Virus record (IMG/VR): IMGVR_UViG_3300021979_000001
Span: 130,948 to 194,947 of that record
Source: a virus
Taxonomy: Duplodnaviria > Heunggongvirae > Uroviricota > Caudoviricetes
Reading direction: 5' to 3' (one strand)
Length of the DNA stretch: 64,000 bases
How positions within the stretch are numbered: the stretch's first letter is position 1; every line of letters starts with the position of its first letter. Under the pieces are notes generated by a model that was not told the DNA's origin, ran no database searches, and saw nothing but the letters and a program-made list of their open reading frames with translations. Below, in pieces: positions 10,533 to 20,214 of the stretch. Made by a program: the position numbers and the translations under genes.

Positions 10533-10565
10533 TTTATTTATCTGTATAAAATAAAACATGAATTG
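10533..10565 (-). promoter_or_regulatory. 33-bp late promoter cassette, copy 1
   Basis: tttatttatctgtataaaataaaacatgaattg; contains ATAAATA on - strand; one mismatch to 11908-11940. Confidence 0.8.
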
Positions 10566-10723
10566 GGTGTGCTATTCTCTATTAAGTATAGATAACGCAT
10601 AAAAATATCCATTAACATAACGTGCCATTATTTATAAAAAACGGGACACTGGTATGTCCCGTTTGATTAATGCGATCATCGATTATGTGATGATATTAAT
10701 TTTTATTATGCCATCATCATAAT

Positions 10724-11818
10724 TTACACATCAACAAGATTGTTCGGGTTGATGTCATTTATAAAACGACGGAAATTTGGTTTTTTCGAGGATGACCGCA
10801 TCTTGTCAATTCGTTTGGTATCCCAAAATACATATGCCGTTTGGTCCACCCCGGCAGTGGCAAAATTTCCATTGAATCTAAACCCGACATACCCAAGATG
10901 TTTAAGTTCCCGAATAAGGGTAGTCCAGAAATCAGATGATTTAACCAAAGTGAGACCAAGATGGGTATGGTTGATAAAATTATCAAACGATGGATATTGG
11001 CCGTTGCCTCCAAAATTGAAGTCTTGCCACGCAGCAGGTGCCGGATTGGTCTTTACTTTGTCAATCCAATCATCAAAGGTATGAAATAACTCCATGTTAT
11101 TAGCACTATATACCCCGGCAATCCGCAAATCGTGTTTTTTATCCTCACCGTAGAGATTGATTAAATATCCACGTAAAAAATGAATAAGTTTCATTGTCAT
11201 TGGTGCATCGGCATCATATGTGTTATCCGCATACGATGCAGGAATATCATATACCGACACCCTAGCATTGCCGGTGTATTTTACAATATTGTAATGACCT
11301 TGGGTAGTTTTCACAATGCGATAGTCATCGCCGGATTGTTTAATATCATCTATAAGTTGTTTATATGATGAAATTAATATTTGTTTGCTTTTTGTTCGCC
11401 ATATATTTTGATATTTCTGATTAAGTTTTTCTTCTGCGTTATGAAGTTCTTTGATGTTGTCATAACCTAACTTTTCTCGAATATCACCGATTTCAGACCA
11501 TAACTGTAATTGAATTTTATTCTTTTCTTCTTCTATAATATCAACACACTGCGAATATAACCAATCTCGGATTACTCCGGTTCTACTTTTTCCATTCCGT
11601 AATTCATATCCAGTAAACACTATATCATTGTCATGTTTTGCATAATCACGGGCAACTTTTGAATTAGTGGTGAGATATATCCCTGGACCAAATAACGCAG
11701 TTGACGATGTTTTATCATTATCATATGAATCATAAGTAACACCATCACCACGATATAATCTAATATTTTCCTGGTCTTCATACAAGTTTAGTGTTTCAAA
11801 TAAATCATGAATACGCAT
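10724..11818 (-). CDS. ADP-ribosyltransferase-like protein (leader MRIHDLFE); paralog of the C-terminal half of 11945..13759
   Basis: LYRGDG...ALFGPGIYLT...ARDY...GYVGFRFNG..YVFWD; start moved to ATG 11818 after AAGGA. Confidence 0.65.
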   Translation of the reverse strand: MRIHDLFETLNLYEDQENIRLYRGDGVTYDSYDNDKTSSTALFGPGIYLTTNSKVARDYAKHDNDIVFTGYELRNGKSRTGVIRDWLYSQCVDIIEEEKNKIQLQLWSEIGDIREKLGYDNIKELHNAEEKLNQKYQNIWRTKSKQILISSYKQLIDDIKQSGDDYRIVKTTQGHYNIVKYTGNARVSVYDIPASYADNTYDADAPMTMKLIHFLRGYLINLYGEDKKHDLRIAGVYSANNMELFHTFDDWIDKVKTNPAPAAWQDFNFGGNGQYPSFDNFINHTHLGLTLVKSSDFWTTLIRELKHLGYVGFRFNGNFATAGVDQTAYVFWDTKRIDKMRSSSKKPNFRRFINDINPNNLVDV

Positions 11819-11907
11819 TAATATGTCCTTTAGCGCCGTATAATTATGTCGAATAGTCATCAACAATGCATTGATTAATATGTAAAAAATAATAGCTATA
11901 ATGTTTT

Positions 11908-11940
11908 TTTATTTATCGGTATAAAATAAAACATGAATTG
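11908..11940 (-). promoter_or_regulatory. 33-bp late promoter cassette, copy 2
   Basis: tttatttatcggtataaaataaaacatgaattg. Confidence 0.8.
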
Positions 11941-11944
11941 AATT

Positions 11945-13759
11945 TTAATTATCAATTAATTCTTTTATTTCAGAATAATCAATATCGTTGATCGAAATAT
12001 GATTAAGACGCGGTTTTTTCAACATTGTTTTTGATTTTGAAATAAAATCTGCATCCCAAAAGACATATGATTTTTGTTTAATACCAGAAGTCCCATGATT
12101 TCCATTGAACCTAATACCAACATTTCCTTTATTAGTCATATAATGAATAAAACGTTCCCAAAACAATGCTGGATTATTCATCATCGTTATACCTGGCCCG
12201 GTATCATGTAAAAACTGATATAATGATGGGTATTCACCATTCCCACCAAATGCCTCATTTCCCAAATATGGTCGTGCTGGAATATCTTTTACCTTTTCTA
12301 TCCAATCATTAAATGAATAATTGTTATTCCCATCTTGTTCTAATGAAAGATTGAGTTTTCCAATCATACCGAAATCATTTACCAAAATATCACGAATTAT
12401 TGAAATAATACCCAAATTCATTGGAGCATCTGCATCTATCGTTTTGTTGACATATGATATTGGTAAAAGATATGTCGAAATATTACTATTAGATGTGTTT
12501 TGCACTATATCATAGTAACCTTGCGTTCTTTTAATAATTCTATAATCTTTTTTTCGATTTTTTAAATCATTAATAAATAATTTAATTTCTATATTTACAT
12601 TTTTCTTAAACGTTTTTTTAAGATCATCTTCTAGTTTGGTTATGTCTTTAATATATTGATCGTTTTCATCATCAGTTAACTCTTTATATTTGTTTTTATC
12701 AAAACCATATTTTACAAAAACCGTAGACATTTTATTATTATATTGAGTATTATATTCTGACTTAATTTTATTGATCTTATTAGTTAATTCTTTTCTAACC
12801 CATAAATTGATTATTTCTGATCGATCAGATGCAATATGTTTATTTCTGATTGTCCTACCAGAAAAAACAATATCATCAGTATTGCTAGTATAATCTTTCG
12901 CAACTTTTGGTGATGATGTTAAATATATGCCAGGACCAAACAACGCATTTTCATCAGTTTTACCAACATCATATACATCAAATTTATTTCCATCACCTCT
13001 ATATAATTTTATCATGTCACTAGGTGTTGAAACATTTTCTGAAATATTGTCACTCTGTGGCGACCACCCCCCGTTGTTAAAAATTGATTTAATTTGGTTG
13101 GCGTTGAACACAACAAGTGAAACCCCTGCTTCATCGTTCACCAATGTGCTATCAAATCCTTGGCGACGAAGATCATTGATGTTTTTTTTATCATCTGTTA
13201 CCGATGCAGTATATGATGGGAAATGATTATAAAATAACGTGCGTTGTCTTGTGACAACATCCTGTAATGTTGGCAACTTCGATTTTTTACGTAAAATTTC
13301 TCCCTGTTCTCCGTGCAAATCATCATACAGATAAATTATAATCATTTTATGTATGGGATTGGTTGTATTATCTAACAATTTCTGTTCGTCAACCCCAGTC
13401 ATTATGTCTGGCAACGAGTCAAACCATTCCTGATCCTGTTTTGATAAATCAAGGCCATTGATTCGGGTTGCATTAACATATACCGGAATAAGTCGCATGT
13501 TGCCCTGGGACTTTTTACCATTATCCCATACCCCGGCGATGCTCCCTGATACGGCTCCTTTTGGCGTAAACGAAAGATACACTCCGCCGCGTCCCCCAGC
13601 ATTAACATCAAAGCTGTCAAAATCAGCGGTAGTTGCATGATACATGCGGATAGGATGCCCTGAATTATCCACCACTTTGCTATTTGATAACCACGATGTC
13701 CGGTTTTGAACGGTTTCATCAATGGTTGTTGTGTGGTTTATTATGTCCTGGTAACGCAT
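11945..13759 (-). CDS. Polyvalent protein with two ADP-ribosyltransferase-like domains (ART-PolyVal-like)
   Basis: Domain 1: SKVVD..MYHAT..FDSFD..GVYLS..GFDS..VVFNANQIKS; domain 2: LYRGDG..GPGIYLT; late promoter 13787-13793. Confidence 0.7.
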   Translation of the reverse strand: MRYQDIINHTTTIDETVQNRTSWLSNSKVVDNSGHPIRMYHATTADFDSFDVNAGGRGGVYLSFTPKGAVSGSIAGVWDNGKKSQGNMRLIPVYVNATRINGLDLSKQDQEWFDSLPDIMTGVDEQKLLDNTTNPIHKMIIIYLYDDLHGEQGEILRKKSKLPTLQDVVTRQRTLFYNHFPSYTASVTDDKKNINDLRRQGFDSTLVNDEAGVSLVVFNANQIKSIFNNGGWSPQSDNISENVSTPSDMIKLYRGDGNKFDVYDVGKTDENALFGPGIYLTSSPKVAKDYTSNTDDIVFSGRTIRNKHIASDRSEIINLWVRKELTNKINKIKSEYNTQYNNKMSTVFVKYGFDKNKYKELTDDENDQYIKDITKLEDDLKKTFKKNVNIEIKLFINDLKNRKKDYRIIKRTQGYYDIVQNTSNSNISTYLLPISYVNKTIDADAPMNLGIISIIRDILVNDFGMIGKLNLSLEQDGNNNYSFNDWIEKVKDIPARPYLGNEAFGGNGEYPSLYQFLHDTGPGITMMNNPALFWERFIHYMTNKGNVGIRFNGNHGTSGIKQKSYVFWDADFISKSKTMLKKPRLNHISINDIDYSEIKELIDN

Positions 13760-13833
13760 TAACTTTGGTCCTATTATATTTGATGATATTTATCGCAACT
13801 CAACCAATATTGTTGATACGATTTATACAAAAT

Positions 13834-13866
13834 AAAAGAGGCAAGTCATTAGACTTGCCTCTTTTT
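13834..13866. terminator. Intrinsic terminator
   Basis: aaaagaggcaagtc-atta-gacttgcctctttt. Confidence 0.85.
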
Positions 13867-13898
13867 CGTCGATTCATGTTTATTAACATATCCCGAAA

Positions 13899-14075
13899 TT
13901 AATCTTCATTCAACAACCATTTATGGTCAAACGGTTGGTATCCATAAACCGGGCCACGAAGACGCACCCGCCGTTTTCCAGTGATGCTGTTTTCCTGATA
14001 AAGATAGAGTGGCGTTTTCTTGCATGTTTTCCACGAAAACGGAGTCTTTAACTTGGTTAAAATCACATTAAACAT
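13899..14075 (-). CDS. Small hypothetical protein (58 aa), absent from the ORF track
   Basis: AAGGA RBS then MFNVILTKLKTPFSWKTCKKTPLYLYQENSITGKRRVRLRGPVYGYQPFDHKWLLNED; fills the gap before the terminator. Confidence 0.6.
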   Translation of the reverse strand: MFNVILTKLKTPFSWKTCKKTPLYLYQENSITGKRRVRLRGPVYGYQPFDHKWLLNED

Positions 14076-14090
14076 GACTGTATTCCTTTG

Positions 14091-14357
14091 TTAAATGATG
14101 ACGCCAGTGTTGATCCAATCTTGAATAACTTTACTTTCGTTTAACGGAACTACATGTTTTTGTGCAGCAACCGATTCCGAAAGTTTGTTTTTATTATATG
14201 GGCGCAAACTGGGTGGATTTGCCAAATATTCAGCACGTTCCTGTTCAGAAAGCGTTGCCAATACTGTTTCAGAAGATTTGACAAATTCTTTCCGTTCGGA
14301 AATGCGTTTATTGATAACGCGTTTCTGTATCTCTTTAAACCGGGGTTGGTCCATCAA
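14091..14357 (-). CDS. Hypothetical protein
   Basis: 88 aa ORF with GGAG RBS, co-oriented with neighbours. Confidence 0.6.
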   Translation of the reverse strand: MMDQPRFKEIQKRVINKRISERKEFVKSSETVLATLSEQERAEYLANPPSLRPYNKNKLSESVAAQKHVVPLNESKVIQDWINTGVII

Positions 14358-14391
14358 TCACTCCATATATGGAAATTATTCTTTTATTTAT

Positions 14392-15621
14392 CTATTTCCA
14401 ATATGGTTTGAATTCTGGATATACCGTCAAAAACGATGTTCCATGAAACTTATCTTGCACATCAACATATTTTTGAAAGGCGGGCATAAGATCGCTCCAA
14501 TCCTCACCATTCATATAATTAATAACATTATCACCATTTTTTATCCAATAATCACGGCGTTTTCGCATACGATTACTAAACCATGGCGCATCGTCTAATG
14601 ACTTAAGATTCTCCCATTCCTGGGTAACTTGTTGTTTTAGTTCTTTCGGTAATACCTTAACACTAATTGCACGGGGATATTGAACCAAACTGGTATGAAA
14701 ATTACTACCAAGAGTGGCAAAATATTTAATAGTGTCAATCATACGAGTGATATTCATCATGCTTGATGTAAATGTCCCTGTCAACATAATATTTGGGAGA
14801 ACACTCGCCTTTTTAATATTTTCTTCAACTTTTTTCAAGTTTCCGCCAACTCGCAAGTAATCATATATTTTGGGATCGGCATCGACACTGATACGGATGC
14901 TGACTTCTTTAAAATGCTTCCATACATCAAGAATGCTTTTTCCCTTATATGATAAAGTAGAAAAATTACTGTTATAATTCAAAGTGATGTGGTGGGCATG
15001 GGGGATCATCCGTTCCAGAAAATCATAATGATCCGGGTGATATAATGGTTCACCACCGGTTGTCATAATTTCAGTTAAATTTGGAGCCAGGGCAACAATT
15101 TCATCCATGATTTCAGTTGTCAGCTTAAATGTTGTGTTTTCAGGTTTAAATCCTAATTTCGTTTGTTGATCCATTAATCCTTTGTCTTTTGATAGGTTGT
15201 ATTCCCACAGACTGCTATAATCTGGGGAACAATGTCTACACATAAGATTGCAAATATTATCAAATCTGATTTCGACTGAACCTATTTTGTTCAATGGATA
15301 CGAACCATCATCGTTTACATTGGCAAGAATATCCGCGTCTTTGACGTTGGGGTAAATATCGTTTCTTGCACGATGCCGCAGACTTTCCGCGCCACTTCGT
15401 TCAATATCCCGACAGCTTTTACATCCGCGAGGTGATTTCCCAGCAATCATATCCTGGCGGATAGATTTCATTGCATCGTTATTCCAAACATCTGTCAATT
15501 TTTCAGTTTTCAAATCGCCAACCTGATTTGGAAAGCGCCAGCACGGTGTGACCTTACCTTTATGCTTGATATTCAAATGATGAAACGGCATCACACAATA
15601 CACAGAACAGTTGTTTGACAC
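14392..15621 (-). CDS. Radical SAM protein with twitch/SPASM-like domain
   Basis: CVMPF..PCW..CKSC; CNLMCRHC; TGGEP. Confidence 0.9.
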   Translation of the reverse strand: MSNNCSVYCVMPFHHLNIKHKGKVTPCWRFPNQVGDLKTEKLTDVWNNDAMKSIRQDMIAGKSPRGCKSCRDIERSGAESLRHRARNDIYPNVKDADILANVNDDGSYPLNKIGSVEIRFDNICNLMCRHCSPDYSSLWEYNLSKDKGLMDQQTKLGFKPENTTFKLTTEIMDEIVALAPNLTEIMTTGGEPLYHPDHYDFLERMIPHAHHITLNYNSNFSTLSYKGKSILDVWKHFKEVSIRISVDADPKIYDYLRVGGNLKKVEENIKKASVLPNIMLTGTFTSSMMNITRMIDTIKYFATLGSNFHTSLVQYPRAISVKVLPKELKQQVTQEWENLKSLDDAPWFSNRMRKRRDYWIKNGDNVINYMNGEDWSDLMPAFQKYVDVQDKFHGTSFLTVYPEFKPYWK

Positions 15622-15714
15622 TTTTTAAATCCTAACCAGATTGATAATCATTGAACCATATCACATCTGAAATTTCACACCAAATAAATATATGTAAACG
15701 AAAGGATATTAACG

Positions 15715-16263
15715 ATGCGTTCAATCTCCGCTATGCTCGATTATGAAGCAAAACGTCGGCCTGAAATCGCACAATATATCGAAGATTTACCAAACATGTC
15801 ATCCGATGATATAGACCAACTTATCGTTCCCTTGCCATGGTATCGCAAAGCGTTACACGAGCGAAAAGCAACATTGGAAACGAAGCGTATTGCATTTGAA
15901 TTGGATGAAAAATCGGTATATTGGACTACTATTAAAATAATTGGTGACGTTTACGCATGGAACGGTCCACCAATGAATATACGCATTGTCAATGGTTATG
16001 AAAGTCAATTTGACATACGACCTGGGCAATTAATCTTACTAACGACAAGTGGTGATGCATGGTTCGAATCAATATTCAGTAAAACATTTGATATAACGCA
16101 TATACAATATTTGCGGTTAATCAAGCAGAATGTTGATCGTGGAGAATATTTGCGTATGGTAAGTGAAGAATTACAAGAAACCTATCCGCATGCACCATTG
16201 ATGATTGATCTGACAAATGGTCAGTCAAGAAGTCCACTTGCTTCTGTTCGTTTTAGTAGATAA
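15715..16263 (+). CDS. Hypothetical protein (late promoter)
   Basis: 182 aa; ATAAATA at 15684-15690; AAGGA RBS. Confidence 0.7.
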   Translation: MRSISAMLDYEAKRRPEIAQYIEDLPNMSSDDIDQLIVPLPWYRKALHERKATLETKRIAFELDEKSVYWTTIKIIGDVYAWNGPPMNIRIVNGYESQFDIRPGQLILLTTSGDAWFESIFSKTFDITHIQYLRLIKQNVDRGEYLRMVSEELQETYPHAPLMIDLTNGQSRSPLASVRFSR

Positions 16264-16294
16264 AAAGGGGCGGACAATTAGCCCACCCCTTTTT
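16262..16294. terminator. Bidirectional intrinsic terminator
   Basis: aaaaaggggcgg...cccacccctttt between convergent genes. Confidence 0.7.
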
Positions 16295-16295
16295 A

Positions 16296-17510
16296 TTATT
16301 CGATCATATCGTTTATCGCTAATGTGATAAAGTCAGATCGAGGGATTACATCTGTAACAACCGTGCCAAACTTGCGAATGCTTACGGTGTCATTTTTTTC
16401 ATCATTTGGTCCAACGATGACCAAATACGGGATTTTGAATATCATATGATCTTTGACTTTTTTCGTCATATGGCATTCACGATCATCAACAATGGCTCGT
16501 TTGCAATCGATTGATGCCGCAATACTACGTGCGTAAACATCATTTTCCGGTTTTACACTAATGATTGCAAACTGCACCGGTTGAAGCCAAAATGGAAGAT
16601 TTCCGGCATGATGTTCAAGCAGGATACCAATAAATCGTTCGAACGATCCTAAAATGGCACGGTGTAGCATAATCGGCGTTTGGATTGATCCATCTTGCGC
16701 CGTATATTTTGCACCCAATCTTGCCGGTAAAATCATGTCCAATTGCAATGTGCCGCATTGCCACTCGCGACCATGATGATCAGTTAGGGCAAATTCCAGC
16801 TTGGGACCATAAAATGCCCCTTCACCTTCATAAACATCATACGTCAATCCGGCGGTTTTCACCGCATCCGCCAATGCCGTTTCTGCTAAATCCCAAGTAG
16901 CATCATCACCGGCGCGCTTGGTAGAGTCGGTGGGCCTGGTGCTGAAACCAACCTTAACATTCGTGAAACCGAAATGCTGATATACACGCATTAACAGGTT
17001 ACAAAATGCCGTTGTTTCCTTTTGGATTTGGTCTTCGGTGCAAAAAATGTGTGCATCGTCTTGGGTAAATTGGCGCACTCGCATAATCCCATCAAGTGCG
17101 CCAGATGGTTCATTTCGATGACAACATCCAAATTCAGACAATCGTATAGGTAGATTTTTATACGACACAATCATATTATTGAAAATCTGAACATGTCCGG
17201 GACAATTCATGGGCTTGATTGCAAATATTCTGCCATCACCATCGACATCACTTGCGCCGGTTGCAACGAACATGTTGTCTTTGAATTTGTCCCAATGACC
17301 CGTTTTGTGCCACAAACTTTCGTTGATTAATTGCGGTGTCTTAACTTCCTGATATTCCACCAATTGTCCACGAATATACTGCTCGATGGTATTATACAAG
17401 GTATATCCACGCGGATGCCAAAAGATGGACCCTGCTGCGTCATCCTGGACGTGGAACAGGTCTAATTCGCGCCCAATAGTTCGATGATTTTTTATGTTAT
17501 TGTATGACAT
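16296..17510 (-). CDS. thrS: Threonyl-tRNA synthetase lacking the N-terminal TGS and editing domains
   Basis: NHRTIGRELDLF, KPMNCPGH, HRNEPSG, RVRQFTQDDAHIF, GEGAFYGPK, HRAILGSFERFIG; anticodon-binding domain. Confidence 0.95.
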   Translation of the reverse strand: MSYNNIKNHRTIGRELDLFHVQDDAAGSIFWHPRGYTLYNTIEQYIRGQLVEYQEVKTPQLINESLWHKTGHWDKFKDNMFVATGASDVDGDGRIFAIKPMNCPGHVQIFNNMIVSYKNLPIRLSEFGCCHRNEPSGALDGIMRVRQFTQDDAHIFCTEDQIQKETTAFCNLLMRVYQHFGFTNVKVGFSTRPTDSTKRAGDDATWDLAETALADAVKTAGLTYDVYEGEGAFYGPKLEFALTDHHGREWQCGTLQLDMILPARLGAKYTAQDGSIQTPIMLHRAILGSFERFIGILLEHHAGNLPFWLQPVQFAIISVKPENDVYARSIAASIDCKRAIVDDRECHMTKKVKDHMIFKIPYLVIVGPNDEKNDTVSIRKFGTVVTDVIPRSDFITLAINDMIE

Positions 17511-17691
17511 ATAATGCCTATTAGCCTCCGAGTTTTTGCCCGCCGGAATATTACATACTTTCATCACATAAAGATAGTTTAAATGTTGCTACATCGTGAA
17601 AAATATCAACAATGACACCGCGATAGATAAAAAATGATTGTTAACTGTTTTTGAACAGGTTAGGTAATGAGTAGTAGGAGGTATATGCGAT

Positions 17692-18225
17692 ATGCAAGAT
17701 GTGTTGATGAAACCGGTGCGGATCGTCAAGCGCATTATCGGAGTTTCGGACGATTTGCGTGAAAATACCAAATATAAAAATGGAAAAATGCCTATGCCAA
17801 AATACACTTCGATTCCTGAATCTGAATATATGTATCACTTTTGTTTAGGTATGATATATCGAAAGAAAAATGGTCATCCGGCTGATTCGGTTTTGTTGAT
17901 GAAACAAAAACATCCGTCGTGGCAGGAAGGAAAATTTAACGGTATCCAGGGAGAAGTAAAAATAAATGAAACACCAATATCGGCAATTATTCGAAAAACA
18001 AGGGAAGAAACAGGAATTATAACAACCCAGAACGATTGGGATTTTATTGAAACACACGTGAACGATGACAGTGTTATACACTCATTTGCATGTGTGCTGC
18101 CAGATGACCGGTTTATTTTTAAAAGCAAAACAGACGAATTGATTATCGTCGCTGACCCTCATAACTTGCCAGAAAATTTAGCAAATGAGGTCCATCGCTT
18201 GATTGGCGATTCGTATCCACAATAA
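17692..18225 (+). CDS. Nudix hydrolase
   Basis: Nudix box GEVKINETPISAIIRKTREETGI. Confidence 0.8.
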   Translation: MQDVLMKPVRIVKRIIGVSDDLRENTKYKNGKMPMPKYTSIPESEYMYHFCLGMIYRKKNGHPADSVLLMKQKHPSWQEGKFNGIQGEVKINETPISAIIRKTREETGIITTQNDWDFIETHVNDDSVIHSFACVLPDDRFIFKSKTDELIIVADPHNLPENLANEVHRLIGDSYPQ

Positions 18226-18283
18226 AACCTTGATGATTAAAAATAACCCGGCAGTTTATATGCCGGGTTATTTTCATTACGTA

Positions 18284-18640
18284 TCATTTGCCGGTCTCGG
18301 ACAGTTTGAACATGGTGTAATCCACATCTTCTGAAAATATCAGACGGATTTTATCAACTCTGGGTTTGTCAATCATGATGACTCCTTTAATATCAGTGTT
18401 ATTAAAGTAAGTCATTAAATGCTGAATAGTCATTCTTTTATGGTTTTTAATATCAACATAAATTTTTTTATAGTTCAATAAATCCAGACCAGTAGAAATA
18501 TATGGCATGATTCTGTTGTTTACCGGATATAAGCAACTACCATCAAGAGAAAACAATTCATCAATATTGCAGTTGTATATACTCGCAATATAATTAATCA
18601 TTTGTTCAGTTTTATCAATAGTTTCGGTCATATTACACAT
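18284..18640 (-). CDS. Hypothetical protein (C-terminal motif family)
   Basis: Ends RLIFSEDVDYTMFKLSE. Confidence 0.6.
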   Translation of the reverse strand: MCNMTETIDKTEQMINYIASIYNCNIDELFSLDGSCLYPVNNRIMPYISTGLDLLNYKKIYVDIKNHKRMTIQHLMTYFNNTDIKGVIMIDKPRVDKIRLIFSEDVDYTMFKLSETGK

Positions 18641-19160
18641 TAAATCCTAATATTGCGATACGGTTTAAATAACGTCTTCTTGTATTTTGGGGCCGATCCT
18701 TTTCCCAATCATTAATATATGCAATAAGATCGCCACCAAGGCCGAAAATATCGTCCGTGAGAGCAACTACGTGCATATTTGGGACGGCAAGGGGTTCTAT
18801 CCGCAAAAGCTGTTCTAGGGCCATTGCAGGCGTTTTAAACCCCATGTCTATTAGTATTGCCAAAGTAATACTTGTGGATCGTGAAATCCCAGCATGGCAA
18901 TGCACCAATAGATCGGTATGTCCGTTGGCAAATTCTATTGCCCGAATAACATCGGTCTTTTCTGCCATGCGATACGGGGCCATGGACCCAAGTAAACCGG
19001 GTGCCGGTTCATCCAAGTCAGCAAAAGTCAATACCAATTGATCGGTTGATTTCTTATTTGATCGAACACCATACCTGGTATCACAATTTTCAATCGTTAT
19101 CAGCCGATCAAATTGGTATTTGTTCTTTTTTGCCCAATTTTTACTGGATATTTTGATCAT
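18633..19160 (-). CDS. Cys-based protein tyrosine/dual-specificity phosphatase
   Basis: LVHCHAGISRS (HCX5R), FADLD, PN motif. Confidence 0.9.
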   Translation of the reverse strand: MIKISSKNWAKKNKYQFDRLITIENCDTRYGVRSNKKSTDQLVLTFADLDEPAPGLLGSMAPYRMAEKTDVIRAIEFANGHTDLLVHCHAGISRSTSITLAILIDMGFKTPAMALEQLLRIEPLAVPNMHVVALTDDIFGLGGDLIAYINDWEKDRPQNTRRRYLNRIAILGFNV

Positions 19161-19617
19161 GTTTTCCCAAAAAATCCATAAAAGACAAATTGCCAGGATC
19201 GGTTATTACCACGGCACCCATATTTTTTAGATGGGTTGCATCGTTTAATTTGTTTTGCCATGATTTGATTTTGTTCCGTTCCCAAAATAGTTGGCATACC
19301 TTATCTTTATCCGTTTTTGATGCGGCGGCGGATAACATTGGGTATTTTTTAAATGGAAGTTGATACCAATCACATTTTTTCGAATAATCAGATATTATCT
19401 TTTGAACATCATCCCGTGTCAATAATAACTCTGATTTCTTTCGGCCAAACAACCAAGAAATCCATCCCGTTGATACTTGATTCATTAAATGCTTCGTATA
19501 CTTTTGGTGGATGGATGTTGCTAATGATAAAATTTCATCATCCAGCAATTGCTGTTTTAGAGCAATTGCCTGTTCCAAATTGGAGATGAAGGCATCAACA
19601 TTAATATCAGCTTTCAT
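19141..19617 (-). CDS. Hypothetical protein
   Basis: 158 aa ORF in operon. Confidence 0.65.
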   Translation of the reverse strand: MKADINVDAFISNLEQAIALKQQLLDDEILSLATSIHQKYTKHLMNQVSTGWISWLFGRKKSELLLTRDDVQKIISDYSKKCDWYQLPFKKYPMLSAAASKTDKDKVCQLFWERNKIKSWQNKLNDATHLKNMGAVVITDPGNLSFMDFLGKHDQNIQ

Positions 19618-19623
19618 AACACG

Positions 19624-20214
19624 TTAGTTCCCTTGTTTAAAAATGCCCGCATCTGCTGCTGCCATTACCAAATATGCGGTCGGATTAAGAAACGGCTGGG
19701 TTGTCAGATCAACTGGTTTTTCATTTACGTGATCTAGACTAATTGGTTCAGTAACATATTTAGAATAAACCTCCAAATGCAACATATGCATTGGTCGGCC
19801 TTTGTCCACCTTTAACACTTTCGTTACATTGCCGACAAGCTGACCGCATTTGATCGTTTGTCCATTGTGCAATGTGGGTAACGGGTTAATCTCCCCATAA
19901 CATACCGTGCCTGTTTCCCCTTGAACCATTACCGCATACGTATTATGCCACCATGATGACCCGGCTATTTCGCCGGTAAAGGGAACAATCGAGGTAATTA
20001 CACCATCTTCAACTGCCATAACGTCATCTGCATCATTACAATACAAATCCACACCTTCATGGGTGTGATGTTTTCGCACAAAACCAAATGATCCAGGATG
20101 TGGTCCTATCGGGATTTCCGTTGATGTTGCAAAGTCCACACCAATAAATGATACCGAATTATTTGTTATCCACACATTTTGTTTTTTCAAAGGAAAATGC
20201 CAATATCCCATCAT
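19624..20214 (-). CDS. M23-family metallopeptidase
   Basis: HEGVDL (HxxxD) and HMLHLE (HxH-like); start set at MMGYW. Confidence 0.85.
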   Translation of the reverse strand: MMGYWHFPLKKQNVWITNNSVSFIGVDFATSTEIPIGPHPGSFGFVRKHHTHEGVDLYCNDADDVMAVEDGVITSIVPFTGEIAGSSWWHNTYAVMVQGETGTVCYGEINPLPTLHNGQTIKCGQLVGNVTKVLKVDKGRPMHMLHLEVYSKYVTEPISLDHVNEKPVDLTTQPFLNPTAYLVMAAADAGIFKQGN

